A stretch of DNA of 64,000 nucleotides from Bigelowiella natans CCMP2755 (Eukaryota; Protista; Cercozoa): positions 1 through 64,000 of the forward strand of contig ADNK01000035.1 in the NCBI GenBank assembly GCA_000320545.1, read 5' to 3'. Under the pieces are notes generated by a model. The model was not told where the DNA came from, ran no database searches, and was given only the letters and a program-made list of their open reading frames with translations. The number at the start of each line of letters is the position of its first letter. Position 1 is the stretch's first letter. This document shows positions 12,182-25,895 of the stretch, one piece after another. Position numbers and translations under genes: made by a program.

Positions 12182-13042
12182 TATGCTTAAATTACTGCAG
12201 TAATACGTGTTCCTAAAAGTCGACTGTTGAGTTTTTGTACCTTCCTAATGACTACAATGGACCGTGTCCCAAGAGTAGTCGCTTTGTCACTGGCAACTTC
12301 TACCACCTGTTCTACCTGATTGTATAGTGATGGTCGCAGATCTATCTGTTAAAACGGTACTTACATTGAAAGAAGAATGTCCACCATTTATGCACTATTT
12401 CAACTCATGGAAATACTTTTCAACAACATGGTAACGTAGTTGCTTACCTCTCCGCCAAGAAGTCGCAGGGCTTTCTCCGCGCTATCTATTTCCACTTGTA
12501 GGTATACAAATAAAATGATCAAATGTACACTTGATACACTACACTACCATGCACTACATTATCGACAAATTGAGATCATATTTTGTACAAATTATATGGA
12601 TAGAATATGATCCTAGACTAACATTCGTGAAAAGCGGGCGTGAAATGAGGATCCCATCATTTATATTTCTCCCAGCTGAGTTTCTACTCGTTCGCATCTC
12701 TCATGGACAATAAGAGACGATCAAACATTCTTTTATCGCACGATTATCACAGTGTATGTATTAACGACAAAGTTATGCGTGATAGCGAATATCAACACTT
12801 TGAATAATGCCTATGAATAGGATTCTTGAAAGGTGTAACAGTGCACTTAGTAAGTACTACTACCTTGTGCGGCGCTTAGTGGACCTTTCATAGCGAACAT
12901 GTATCCACCGACAGAAACAAAAGGGAGACATAACTCGGCTAGAATCCTGTGTGTTTGCATTTTGTTACTGTACGTCAAGAAATCGAACGCTATAATAGCT
13001 CTTGCACCGCCACTCATTCATCATCACAATAATAATGTTCCC

Positions 13043-13076
<34 letters not shown>

Positions 13077-14371
13077 CGGAGATCGGCCACTGCCCTCGCT
13101 GTGACTGCAGGAAAGCTCTCACGCCACCCAACTTTGCGCGCCTGTCACGTCAAGCAGCTCTTATACCGTGAAATAAAGGAATTTGCTATCTGCATTCGAA
13201 CACAATTTTTTATCATGATTGTCATTTAATAAGAACCATATCTTCAGCTCTAGCACATTCAATTCTCGTATCAAGATCGAGCGTTAGTGACGTCGACCTA
13301 GAAGAAAGCGGGACAACGATACAAAACAGTTATTCTAAGAAGTTGGAAGATACCAAGGTTTCCATAGAAACATTTATTTGTGAATGGACGCCTTGATTTT
13401 CTGTTGATCATTTAAACTGTCCCATTGGTGAGATCCGATCACGTTGTGCATACGAAAAAGTACCTGAGAAAGTCACATTTCTTCCCCGTCGCCTCAAGCA
13501 TCGTTACCTGGTGTAGCATATGTGCTGTTTCTTTATGCGTGCGCGCGCGCGCACGTGTGTGTCTGCGTGTGTGTGTGTGTGTGTGTGGTGGAAATTTCTA
13601 GTCGCCTGATATGGTCTGGTATAAGAAGGATCATTTCGATGTTCTCTATGATAATATCACTGATCAGAATTCAGGTAACCTTCCAGTCAGGGTTCGATAT
13701 TGCGAGTATTAGCGCCGGGAAGCCACCACCACTGCCAACATCCAGCACTTTCAGTGGACTTAACTCCATTTTAGAGTCATGCTTGACTAAGCTTCCGAAA
13801 ATATTCTTCATCGTGCTCACGAGGGGAAGGCAGTCTTGAATGTGCTATGTTTGCATCCACATAAGTAACAATTCATTTCATTTGAACGGCATAGTTACAT
13901 GGAGACGTATGAACTCCCTCATCTAAAATCTCAGACCTGATTTCGGATGTCCTCAGGTACATTATTTGATTTTCTCGAAACTAGATTGACCCGATCGTTG
14001 GCTGCCCATATGATTCCGGCAAAGCGTGTCAGCTGCCACAACATCCAACGACTCAGTAAAATAAAAAACACATCAATTGAAGAGACCTTTTCTTCAACAT
14101 CATTCTTCAAAAAAAGCTTCGAATCCCCCTGTCCGTCTTCTGCACCCACCCTTTGGCACGACGTGGAGAGGTGGTATTTAGTTTTAAAAGGACTATTACT
14201 GCCACAGAAATCTGGAAAGAAGTTATATCGTGGATAACAACGGATCAAACCCCTACAGTAGACACTGTTTTTCCTGAGTGGAAGAGACCACATCGTCCTT
14301 CTGTTCGCTATCACGGTTGTCCGCACAAAAATGAGAAGTAGGGAAAGCGCACGGAATTGGGCCGGTGCCAT
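11985..14371 (-). CDS. rsmG: 16S rRNA m7G methyltransferase RsmG/GidB, organelle-targeted, multi-exon
   Basis: Exons read [68 protein letters not shown], and the C-terminus [17 protein letters not shown]. The leader is [16 protein letters not shown]. Confidence 0.9.
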
Positions 14372-14798
14372 TTGAGTGGGGTATCTGTCTCCTTCTGATC
14401 CCACTAGAAAAATTGGGAAATAAATATAATGGGAAACTATCCTATATAATGACAAATGCTCCAATTCACATTGTTGTTGTTGTTGTTTTTGTTGTAGTTG
14501 TTGTTTTTAGGAAAGAAATATATAATGTTAAACCACTATTAATATCGTAAAATAAATTACAGTAGTTGGAACTTGTAACATCATAAGTTAGTTATTCTGT
14601 TTGCATCATATCATCCTTGACTCCCCCCCCCAGCTATGGAAGTTGTTTCTTTCACCGATCAAGTGATTTTCATAGTGGAACATACTAGCCAGTTCTCATC
14701 GTTCTGTCTCTCATCATCTTAACAAAGGGGAGGGGGAATAGCTAAAATATCAGGAGATCAGTATCATTAAATAAATACTACTGCTATGTCATCAAGAC

Positions 14799-16159
14799 AT
14801 GGCTAAGATGGATAGTAGCCAAGGAAGCGAGGTAAGTGGTAACGACGATACCCAATCGAATGCTGCAAAGCTCTCCCGTTCGGAAGGTGGTTGTGGCTTC
14901 TATATTTGCGATCAATGGCTTCCGTATCCTCATAAGAGTCATTAAAAAATCAAGACAAATATTGAGTAGCCAACCATCACAAGTAGCAATCTGGGATAGT
15001 ATTGGGGCTTTGGGGTTCATTACTTCCACAGAGCCGTGGAGTAGGGAAACAAGTATTCAGATCAAGAATCAACCAGAAGATTTTCAGGTAATAATGACCA
15101 AAAAGCAGACAGGATATATATCACACAGTAGTAGTGTGTTGACTCCTTTCATTGCTACGTACTCTTAACGGATGTTCGTAGTATCAACGGATGCATCTTC
15201 CAGGTGATCGAGCTTTGGTCAGACTGCTCATCAGTGAACATGATGAAGTCACAGGTGGGGCCATGTTCCGATAAAGGAGGACCAATGAGGAAGTCTTTCA
15301 GTAACTTGAATGACTCCCAAATTAAGGCGTTGGTGGGCAAGAAAAATGAGAACAAGAGATTGGACTGTCGTGTAGCTTTTATGCAGGGGCGCAACTACAG
15401 CGATGCCGACAGGTGGAAATTTTTACGAAATGAGTTCGGAGCCTCAGAGGTGAGTAAGTTGTGTGATGCTATGGCTGGATACATTCCCTCGAAGGAAGAA
15501 GGTAGGGAGGACATATCAAGCCCTATTTGGCACTCAAAAACTGCAATAAGCAATAAGCAAATGCGCAGCCGCATCAATGGTGCGCTGTTGATGGTTGTGA
15601 CATCTCACGGACTCGAGATCTGCGTGGTAAGTGAAGAGTATCACAAATTTTTGCCGATAGATAAAAGAAGAGATGTTTTCGCAGAAGCAACTTATCAGTT
15701 TAATCATCATCATATCCAGGTTAATGGAAGCATTTTGGTTTGCGAGAGTCGCCTTTATTGCCGACTTATACGTGCCGGCGTTCCAGAAATTCAGAGCAAG
15801 GAGGTTTTGATGTTTTTTGCCACCGGACCGCATCAACCTGACAAATACATAGAATTTCATCTTCCTAAAAATATCACATCTTTGTCCCAAGCTCGGGGCC
15901 TTACATCGAGGATCTCCAGTTGCTCAAGAGCAATATGTTGCGTTGTTGACTTCAAGTCGAAGAACACCATGAAATTCTCATTCAAACCCAAAAAAACACG
16001 AAAAGCAGATTATTACTCAGTGTTCTCAGTGCGTAAGAAAAACATTGAAGGAAAAGGAGCAGTGAGATTGTTGGCTAAGCTGTTGAATATTGATGCAACT
16101 GACATAGGTTACGCTGGAACCAAGGTAAAGAAGAAGGGCCATACGAATTAGACTAGTAT

Positions 16160-16194
<35 letters not shown>

Positions 16195-17943
16195 TCAAAT
16201 GGTGGGTGGTGGCTACTAATTGATGATGATGATTATGATGATGGTACGCATCATCTAATTTCATGAATCATCACAGGATAAGAGAGCGGTATCCCTTCAA
16301 AAGTTTTCTGCTAGGGGTGTCACTCCAAAGATGATTTGCAAGGCATCTACTCGTCTCAAAGATTCACTCGACTCAGATCGTTTAATGATTGTTGGCACTG
16401 ATAACGTTCACGTACGAGATACTGGACTACGTTTGGGGGAACATGGGGGAAATCGTTTCATCATCAGGATGATCTGCCGACCCTCTGTCTCACAAAAATT
16501 GATGCAGGAATCGTTCGAAGAGCTCAAGAGGCAAGGTTTTGTTAACTTCTTTGGACCGCAGGTCTGTTACGCAGCAGTATTAGCTGGTTCTACCAACATG
16601 CGTTTATTATTAATACTCACTTTTATTAATTAATACTCACTTTTTTGTGTTTTCATTGTTGTAATAATACCAAAAAGAGATTCGGTTTGCCAAGCCGATG
16701 CCATGGGATAATAATGCCTTGGAATGTAAGAATCGGTCTCTCAATCGTAGCTTCTTCATCAACAAATCGTACAATAGTAGAGCGAATTCTTACTCCATCT
16801 CCAGATCTTCCTCAGCGGTTGTATTCGGCCCTTTCGATTCAGCAAGAGGATGGAGAGAGTGCTCGTCAACATTTAATGAGAATACACCACGCTTTACCTC
16901 GATCGTGCACAGCTTTACGGACTTTAACTCATGAGTTGAGGCGTCAGAGCAAGCGCCATGGACAGGCCTCATATTCTAGACTAACCGAACTTGTTTGCCA
17001 ACTAGCACTCAAAGCAGTAAGTTATCACGAGAAACAACGGTGGGTCCAGGCGTACCAGTCCTACGTATGGAATCAAGCTGTTTCAGAGATCATCAGAATA
17101 CGCAATATCGGGGGGGGCAGGGTATCATCATCATCCAAGTTTTATTCTTACTTTCGCACTGGAGATCAATTTGCGTGTAGCAGCGGCAAGGTTTATTTAA
17201 ATAACATTGTGCACAAATTTATTCGAATATGGAAGGTTTCTTCCCATCTTAAAGTTTTTTTATTGGAATATAGAATGTTCCCATTTTTAATGTCTTTTGT
17301 ATTTATTAGGCACATTCGTTGACATCTCACCCAAAGTCTAGTACCGTTTCTGAATTAGACCTGAAATGTGTACGTAAACAACGGTCTAATTACTCAACAA
17401 AGCCATATCTACTTGAGGATCTCGTTGTACCGATGCCAGGGTTCTTTTTCTTATCTTTCATGCAACCACATAATTTTGTCTAAACCGCTAAATTACACTA
17501 GATATCGCTCCCTTGCGAGTGAAGATACAAGGAGCAGTCAAGCTGGTCAAATTGTCTTGCGTATCCTTGAAAAGTAATGTGAAGTCAATTACGACTGTAA
17601 TAAATAATCACCATATATTTGATATAAACAATCTCTGCCTAGGGATGGAGTGTCTCCTCTAGACTTTAAGACAAACTGCGCAAATGTGAGGCATAAAGGG
17701 GCATTCCGGCGAGCATTCGCATTTCCGAGAAATTTCGAGATAATTCGAATTAATGCAGGAAAAGAAAACAAATGTGTAAAGTCGCGGGAATACAAGCAGC
17801 AGATATTTCAGCGGCCGTTGCTTGGTGTGGGTGAGGTTGATAAAGAGGTTGAAATTTTGATCACATTTGATCTTGGTGTATCTGTTTACGCAACTGCGTT
17901 GTTGCGCGAAATGTGTAAATGTAGAGTAGTGGGTGTCCGATGA
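14799..17943 (+). CDS. TruD/PUS7-family pseudouridine synthase (multi-exon, start approximate)
   Basis: IKNQPEDFQ|VIE, IGYAGTK|DKRAVS (the catalytic Asp motif is split by an intron), LRLGEHGGNRF, GFVNFFGPQ|RFG, QAYQSYVWNQAVS and FDLGVSVYATALLREM. Confidence 0.92.
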
Positions 17944-18164
17944 CAAGTGTAAATCTGAGCGGGCATGTACAATTGTGTAGCGTGAACGTACAAGAAATTG
18001 CTCAGCTGTCCAGAGCACAAACAAAAGAAGGCAACCATGAATAGGGACGACGACATAAAATGACTAATGGAAGCTAATAAGGATTAGCGCGCGGCGCGCC
18101 ATGTTGAACAGAATGCTGATACATTCACAAACATGAACGTAATAGCAGAGACTAGCAAATGCAT

Positions 18165-18368
18165 GCCGCCGCTTTGTGTAGCTATATTAGGATGATCGAC
18201 CAATGAAAAGATTTAATTTATTCATTACATCCGTCATAACAACATAAGTTGTTTTGGCAACATGAAAACAATCAGATACAATGAAAGCGTTGCGCTGTAG
18301 CCGCAGCATTGGATAGCTATAATAGGATGATAATTGAAAGAATTTTAACATTCATTACATCCGTCTCA
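18165..18368 (-). repeat. Two tandem copies of the dispersed ~70-bp repeat (TpA-retaining versions)
   Basis: Both match the reverse complement of GACGGATGTAATGAA...TTCAAT..TCATCCTA...TAGCTA...GCGGC, at about 18165-18237 and 18292-18368. Confidence 0.85.
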
Positions 18369-18526
18369 TATGACTGCTCAGTCGCATGTTATTCATACAC
18401 GAAATTATGTTAATAATTGGTTAGGACATATAATCATTGCGCATTCTAGCATTATTGGTGCCGCTTGATGTGAGAAATATGGTGGTATTATCAGCTAGCT
18501 AGTTACACATTATTAATCTTGGGCTA

Positions 18527-20695
18527 TCATAAGAACCTAAATCTTTTGTCCAATTCCTGCCCTTCTTCTTGGTTCGAGGTACCCACGTATTCATGAGCAT
18601 ACATCACGCGTGGTCTCCGTAATCGAATCTAATATTTAGAGGGATCGAGATAATGCTTTATTATGATAAGCTATCGCTCGATGAAACAACTACGCAACGC
18701 GTGGCCTCGAAAGACTATTTATTTAATATTTACGCTTTATTCTCATTAAAAATATGATATGAATCATTGTTTCAAGAATAAAGTATCATCAGAGGTGTTA
18801 CATTTGAAGCATACCTGTGTGTGACTTTTAATATGAGACCAAGATTCATACTTGAAAGCCTTAAAGATTATGTTAAGCTTTTTTTTTTGGTTCAGAAAAA
18901 TTAAAATGAAATTCTTATTAACATGATCATTGATTGAATTAAATCTCAAGCTATGCATAGAAACCTGGAGAGCATGGTTCCATTTCAACGCCTTCCAGTA
19001 TGGAGAACGATCTCTGTACGAACCAAATCTGAAGGATAAAAACGATTGAGTGAAAAAATAATAACAACTTTATCGAAGGTTTCAATCGGATTATATAGAG
19101 TACCTAGGATGTACTGTCTGGGCGAAGTACTTCTTTCCTCTGCGTCGATATATTTCCCCCCCTACGTCACTTAAACGCGACCCAATACCCTGATCAATGG
19201 TTTTGGTGTAAGAGCTTGATGAAGCTATTTTTTCGATTAAAAGTTGGAATGTTGACCATTCCCTGCCACTCTGGGAGAACTACAGTTCTATGCGCCCTGT
19301 AGGCGGTATGAGCATTCGAATTTGATTCTGATGGATAATTTCTTGAATTATTCTTGTGTGGGATAACTGCCTGCATATTGTTAGAGTTGTTGTTAGCACT
19401 GGTATTATTGGTGGCAATATTGCATAATGCTACAGGCTATCCTCTTCCGCATAATCTTTCATTTATTTAGATTTTACATATTTTCAAGCATATCCCTTAA
19501 TACCAGAAATGCAATGGGCTGGTGTTTCTCCTGGCGCTTAATTTCTCCTCCTCCTCCTCCTCCTCCTCCTACTCCATACTGCCACCTAGTCTTCTCTTTC
19601 TTTTCTCCTCCTTCTTGATAAGGCCTGCTATGGCTCTTAAGATCACCGAGGTAGTACACCACATAGCATTCGGCGCGGGTAGAGAGAGCGGATGACTTAT
19701 AGTGATGCTGAGAGAAAATAGAGTTCCAAAGCCTGCTACAATTAAAAAAATCAAATACGGGTGGCTACATTGTAACAGGTCCTAACTACAAATTCAATTC
19801 TTTTTCAATTGTTCTCTTTCAAAATCAAACTCTAAGAAGTATGGCTAACATGAACAATAGCACCAATACACCGATAAAAATATATTTGACCGTGGAGTTG
19901 TCATTTCAAGACGGAAATGGAGGGTAGGAGGTGTTCCTTACAAGAATAGTATCGAAAACACACGAAAGTTAGTAGTGAACGATTGTTAGAGCAATAACAA
20001 ACCTAGTTGCAGATGGCATTCGTCAATTTTAATATTGACATTATTTCCTTCTGAGCTATCATTCCAAGGGATGGCTGAATTAGTGCCTTTACTACTTCTA
20101 GCATTTGGTCTATGAAATGTTTTCGAGCCTGTGTCATAAATCCAGTCAGGCCGAAGATGACCTTAAATCAAAACACAATTGAATCACCATCATCCTCATT
20201 GACATAAAAACTAATGGTTCTAAAATATACAACAGCTGAAAATGCTCACCACTTCCAATGCCAAAGATAAAAAAATAATGCAAATTAATTACATACAACA
20301 AAATGAGAGGAGACGTCGTGTTCTACTACCACTCGATAAAATTCCAGCGCCTACACAAGTCACGAGAAGGATGCCGTGATTGTTTGAATTCAAACGTCCA
20401 CACCTAACAGCTATTTCTCCCTTTCTTTTCTCAGAAATTGGTACGTGTGTTTTCAGTTCGAGTGGAAGAGAAGATGTGAATTTTGATTTACAGTCCCTAG
20501 ATTTGGCGCTTTCTAGGAAGAAATGCCTTGACAAATTGGAAGAAATAGCCTGAAAGAGGTTCAATCAATAATTCTTGCCCATCGTTTAATCATTTTTAGC
20601 AAAGAATAAAAATGATGATGTAAAAGATATTTGTGATAACCTGTAAGGTTCTTTGATCAAGATTCGAGCCAAACTCGTCAAAAACAGCTCCAGGA

Positions 20696-20733
<38 letters not shown>

Positions 20734-20779
20734 AAAACATACATATAATACCACTAAAGCAGTAATTACAACGTTTAGT

Positions 20780-20819
<40 letters not shown>

Positions 20820-21196
20820 TAATGGTTATGCATGATGCATGTGTGCATAGAGGCGGGTATTTCCTATAATAGTAATTGTAATAATAGTAATAATTAATGA
20901 TCAACGTTTCAAAAAAGTGGTTCTTCATACACTCCTTCAAGTTTTGCTATGGTTAATGATAAGAAAGGATGATGTATTTGATGTTGTTCTTCTTCTTCTT
21001 TCGTACAAGCACGAGTCTCGCGAGCGTGGCTCTTTCTTTCTCCGAATCACTCAGCTCATGAAATTTCTTTCCCCCTACAGCAAGAGGAAGCTCGACCTGA
21101 TCGAGGCAGTAAATTGGCCACCCATTATACAGAAACAGCAGCTAAAAAGATTACACACGAACACCTTCCTACACATGATATGTGATATTGTGTGTA

Positions 21197-21232
<36 letters not shown>

Positions 21233-22082
21233 ATAAGGTTGCATTGTTTTGGTATGTAAGGAACATCGCCAAAGTACGAACAAATAATTATATCTGATAT
21301 ATGTTATTTGTTGTGAAATTTTACGGCAGAAATCATTCGTTGGTTGAACATCTTTGAAAGTAATCAATCGTCTCGCATTGCCATAACAACAGTAAGAAAT
21401 ACCAGCGCAAAACTTCTTGTTGCATCTGGGGATAATAGTAGCAACATCAATAAATGATGTTTATCAATCAATTATAAAAAGATCAATCAGAATAAAGTCC
21501 ATGGTACGAGATTACTACCTTCAATGCTGTAAAAATGCTCCAAAACTTCAAGATGGGGGCACCATTCGACTTTTGAAGCACCGCCAAAATGATACTTTGC
21601 CTTCACACAATACATGTTTATTTACATAATGTTAAAGTTACGATTTTGGTGAGCAGATTTAGATAGAGATGATGATTGCTTACGCACGAGAACTGATTTA
21701 GAGGAGCCCGAAGGACCTGAGATGACTCCGAGATGGAAATTTCCAAGCACCTCTGCAGATGGAAAACTAGGAATCTGTGGGAAAATGACATTTTATATCA
21801 ATATATTTGATTCATGCTACATGCATGATTCATGTCTTACTGGTACGACATGCAACAGCACGCTCAGGAGACTACTCTGACCTTATGAAAATGGAGTCCA
21901 TTAAAGGGCAGATCGAATAACGCGTCAATTCCTAGAAATGAGAATCATGAACAGTAATATCAGATTATCACATGCATGATTTTAGTCATCATTCATCCAA
22001 TAATTCAAGCTGCTTTCAAACGTGATGAAAATTGACGCTCATTTACAGCAATATGAATAAAACCTTTAAAAATAATATATAC

Positions 22083-22125
<43 letters not shown>

Positions 22126-22128
22126 GTG

Positions 22129-22163
<35 letters not shown>

Positions 22164-25100
22164 GTAATATTTTACATATATGAAGTAGTTGTTTGAAGAA
22201 AAAAAAATAGTAGCTTTATCATCAGTAACTTGAACAACAAATCACCATATCTACAACATATCATCATCATCCACTTTGTATATAAACGCTTATTATCTCC
22301 AACACGATTCGTTATTGTTGGACAAGTTGTTATTATGTTTGCTAAATATATTCGATTCGATTCGTACCAGCCGTTACAGCGTCTGCCTGGACCCTTGAAA
22401 ATAGAACGACCTCCTCCTTCTCCTTCTTCCCATTTCCTTCTTGTTTCTTGATCTCTTGTTCATCTGCCTCTTTATTTTCTTCGTCGTCATCATCTTCTTT
22501 ATTATTGTTCTCTTCCTCCCTTTTCCTTTGCTTCATTACCTTGTTCCTGGGGCTGGATTCTTCTTCTTCGGCCAGTTGTTTCGTCCTCTCCCCTTCCCCT
22601 CCTCTCCTAAGCTCATTGATTCCCAGCTTATTTAGTAATGTGCTCGACGACGAGGAGGACACAAAAGAGAGTGAGGAGGTATCAACGTCGAACATCACAG
22701 GAATAGGTGTGACTGGCCTTGGATTGATTTCTACTACTGCTTGGATTTCCTCCGCGCTGCTGCTACTAATATTACTACTACAACGACTACTACGACTATT
22801 CTTATGGTGGGTTTGAGTCGCTGTTGTCCGAATCAGTACATCGGGCTGAAGGTAATCGGCAATAGATGGCTCGCTACAAGCCACGAAGATGCAGGATGGA
22901 AGAAGATGATGATGATGATGATGAAGAGGAAGACGATTCTCTAGAATAATAACAATAATCATAATAATTATGATAATGAGAGAGTGATTCTTGTTGAATT
23001 ACATGTCATAATGTGGTAGTATTCGGGGCAGCAAGTCAATGGAAAACAGAATTACTTTCAGTACGATGATGTAAGCGCTGACGGATTTCACGCCTTGATC
23101 TACGTATGTAGCCTGAAAGAGCTGCTGCAACGCAACGAGCAGAATCAGGGTCCAAATGGTGTGTAAAGTTGTCCAATACAAGAGGATGCCCTCGAAAAGA
23201 GGTTTGCGATGTGAATGCTTGAAGCTGCCTTTAAAATAAAGAAATAAAAAGAAAAGATCCACAAGATGGTGTTGTTATGTTAATTATATTAGTGTGCCTA
23301 AAGTTGTCAAAATGCAGGAAGGAATAGACAAGACAGGACTTTGGTTATTCATTAGCCATACTACTACTACTTACTACTACTACTACTACTACTACTACAC
23401 TACTACTCTACCACCACTATAACTAACTCAGCTAGCAAATCTATTCCTAGGAAGGCAATAATAATACTGATCCTAACTCGGCCAGCAAACTTTTTTTTCC
23501 CCTATACTTATAGTAAGCATGTGCCTTGCAAGTTGTGCTCTGTATTTTTGACCAGTCGACAAGACATGATATGGAGAACACCATGCCGGTATTGAATTGA
23601 TGCCGACACAACTCATCCATCTACGGAAGAAGGAGAATGATAACGATAGTGAAGATGATAGTGATGATGATAATGATGATGATTAGAAAATACTTGCTTG
23701 TTTCACACATTTCATAGAGCAAGCACATTAAGTATCACGATTAGCTTAGATATTTATTGTCACTCACTTAATGGCCTCACTCTCAGGCGATGATAGTTTA
23801 TCATGTTTTCCAAATTGAGAGATGATGGGCAGTCTCGAGTCCCATTTTATGCAATTTTGTGAGTTAATGCACGAACAGCAAGGTCGTGGGGGAAATACAG
23901 TAGCACGTTGTCGTTGTTGTACTTTTTCCTTCTCTTGTCTCCTTTCAAAAACGTCATCAAAATGCCATATCCGGACAAGATGAGCTAAGAGACTCGATTT
24001 TCCTGAGGACGATGGACCTGTAATCATAAATACCGGGCACTGTCTCCTTTTCTTTCGAGGAGGATGTTTGCCGCTGCTGCTACTACTCTCCTTGCCTCCT
24101 GCATCTTCATCTTCTTCATCGATCTTTTTCTCATCGATTGGATTTTGGAAGCAAGACAGTATTTGACTCTCGAAATCATCCCATAAATCGTCTTTGTCGT
24201 TCTTATTTTTAAGCTGCCCATTGCCAACAACCGTACCAAGTTCTGAAGATACAGAGGAGCTATTGGATTGCCGCTTTGATGCACTTAAGCTAATCTTGCG
24301 GAAAAATTTACAGATACTACGAATGCTCTCTAGTGGGTTTACTGGTAGAAGAGATGTCTTCTGCGTTCTAATTGTTGTCGATGATGACGACCATGGTTGG
24401 TGGGGAGGTGGAGAACGATTAGTGGGGAGGCTTGAGGGCCGTCGGGATGATAAACGGACTACCGTGTTGCAACAACTTTCAGTCAGTTCCGAGAGGAGAT
24501 GAGCGTTGGGAAAGCGAGATTTGAGATTTATGGGTTTTCTTTGAGGCTCATTAATTGTCCTTACATGGAGGTACGGGTGAAGAATCCACTGAAAAATAAT
24601 GTTGCGCTTAGATTCAGTGCTTGTTTGTGGTGCGGCGCTTGTGTTGGCGCGCTCTCTATTACACGCTGTTTTCTGTTCTAGGTCGCAGATTTAATAAGAA
24701 TGTTAGATTGGTACACGGTGAAATTGGTGCTCCGTGTTGTCAAAAGCAGCAATGCACGATATGTGCCCATTAATGCATGTCCCGAGTTTACACGGCTTCC
24801 CTACAAATTGATGGAAGTCACACCGCGCACACAAGAGGTACTTCCGAACGTGTTAAATATATGAGTAAAAACTAGGGGATTACCTTTCAAATGGGGCCCC
24901 GTCATCGACCATCTTACGTCTATTGGGCCATATTCTCCTCCATACCTCTCAATGAACCGATCAAAACACTCCGAATGCATCACATAGGAGCATCCACTGT
25001 CGCACTAAAAAGCATCAATAGCATCAAATTTACTTCATTTGCGTCCAATTTTCCTATTTACTTCTATTAGACCATCATAACCTCGACGAGCACGCTCTGT

Positions 25101-25457
25101 GTCTGCCACTGGTTGGTGAGGAGTGACAGGAAACACTCGGCACAACAACCCCCTTTAACACCAGCCCTCACATCATTACAGTTTTCAGCCTTTACAAAAC
25201 TCGTTCTTCCAGCTCTGCAAAATTGCCATTTTCGAGTAGCTAGGCGAATGAGGAGGTTGTTAATATCCACCTTCAAGTCACCGATTCCTATGTGTGTCGC
25301 AAAGAAATTCTGCATTAATTATTACGGGACAACGAATGACCTATCTCCAAGTTATTAGTTTACGTGTGTCGTGGGTACCCATGCGCAGTACGTCAAGACG
25401 ACGAAGCAGCTTGGCCGCCACATCCTTTTTCTTTTTTTTCTTCTTCTTCATCATCAT
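18527..25457 (-). CDS. C4HC3 zinc finger + tandem ABC ATPase domains + GNAT (Mom-like) acyltransferase fusion protein, about 20 exons
   Basis: Manually spliced: [12 protein letters not shown] (NLS-like); CAEC..LVE|CDSGCSYVMHSEC..PCKLGTC; ABC1 TGPSSSGKSS, VGINSIPAWCSPYHVLSTGQKYRAQLAR, LVLDNFTHHLD, YLQPDVL; ABC2 SGPSGSSKSVL, LSDSEKERATLAR, VFDEFGSNLD, LRPDWIYDT; GNAT LWNSIFSQHHYKSSALSTRAECY, RAHRTVVLPEWQGM|GIGSRLSD, YFAQTVHPR|FGSYRDRSPYW, RVMYAHEYVG. Confidence 0.85.
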
Positions 25458-25895
25458 CGTTGTTGTGGTCTACACACTCGTACTCGAATGGAGGTTGAAA
25501 GTAGTCATGATGCTGCTGCTGCTCGTGTACACAAATCTCAGATGTTCTTAGTATTAAAAACTAACTATATTAATTCCTGCATCAGATCCTAATAATTAAT
25601 ATCTTCTGCATCATAAATCTGAATAAAGTATGGTAAAACTTCGTAGATCTAACTAAATTGGATTAGGGAGTCGGGAAGTCCTAGGAAGTGTGACAATGAA
25701 GTAAGAATGATATTATGAGTTGCGACAAGCTATAGACAGATTCTCTGGAATAACGACTTTTTGATACAAATTCATACCATGCGACAAAATTAATTCTATA
25801 AACAATAACATATACCGGAAATATCGTATGCATAATGCCGTGCTAACAACAAGAAAAACACAAGCAACTCGTCACGTCGTCTGACTAACGCAGGA

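Noticed and set aside
7877-17943. Functional cluster of RNA-processing genes (helicase, RsmG, TruD)
   Set aside because: They probably act in different compartments, and the adjacency is plausible by chance in a gene-dense genome.
24880-24990. Glycosyltransferase-32-like motif (CFDRFIERY...WSMTGP)
   Set aside because: After splicing, the segment lies inside a C4HC3 zinc-finger pattern, and there is no DxD motif.
18527-25457. ABC transporter or bacterial/phage contamination
   Set aside because: There are no transmembrane domains, and the gene has many spliceosomal introns with host-type microsatellites.
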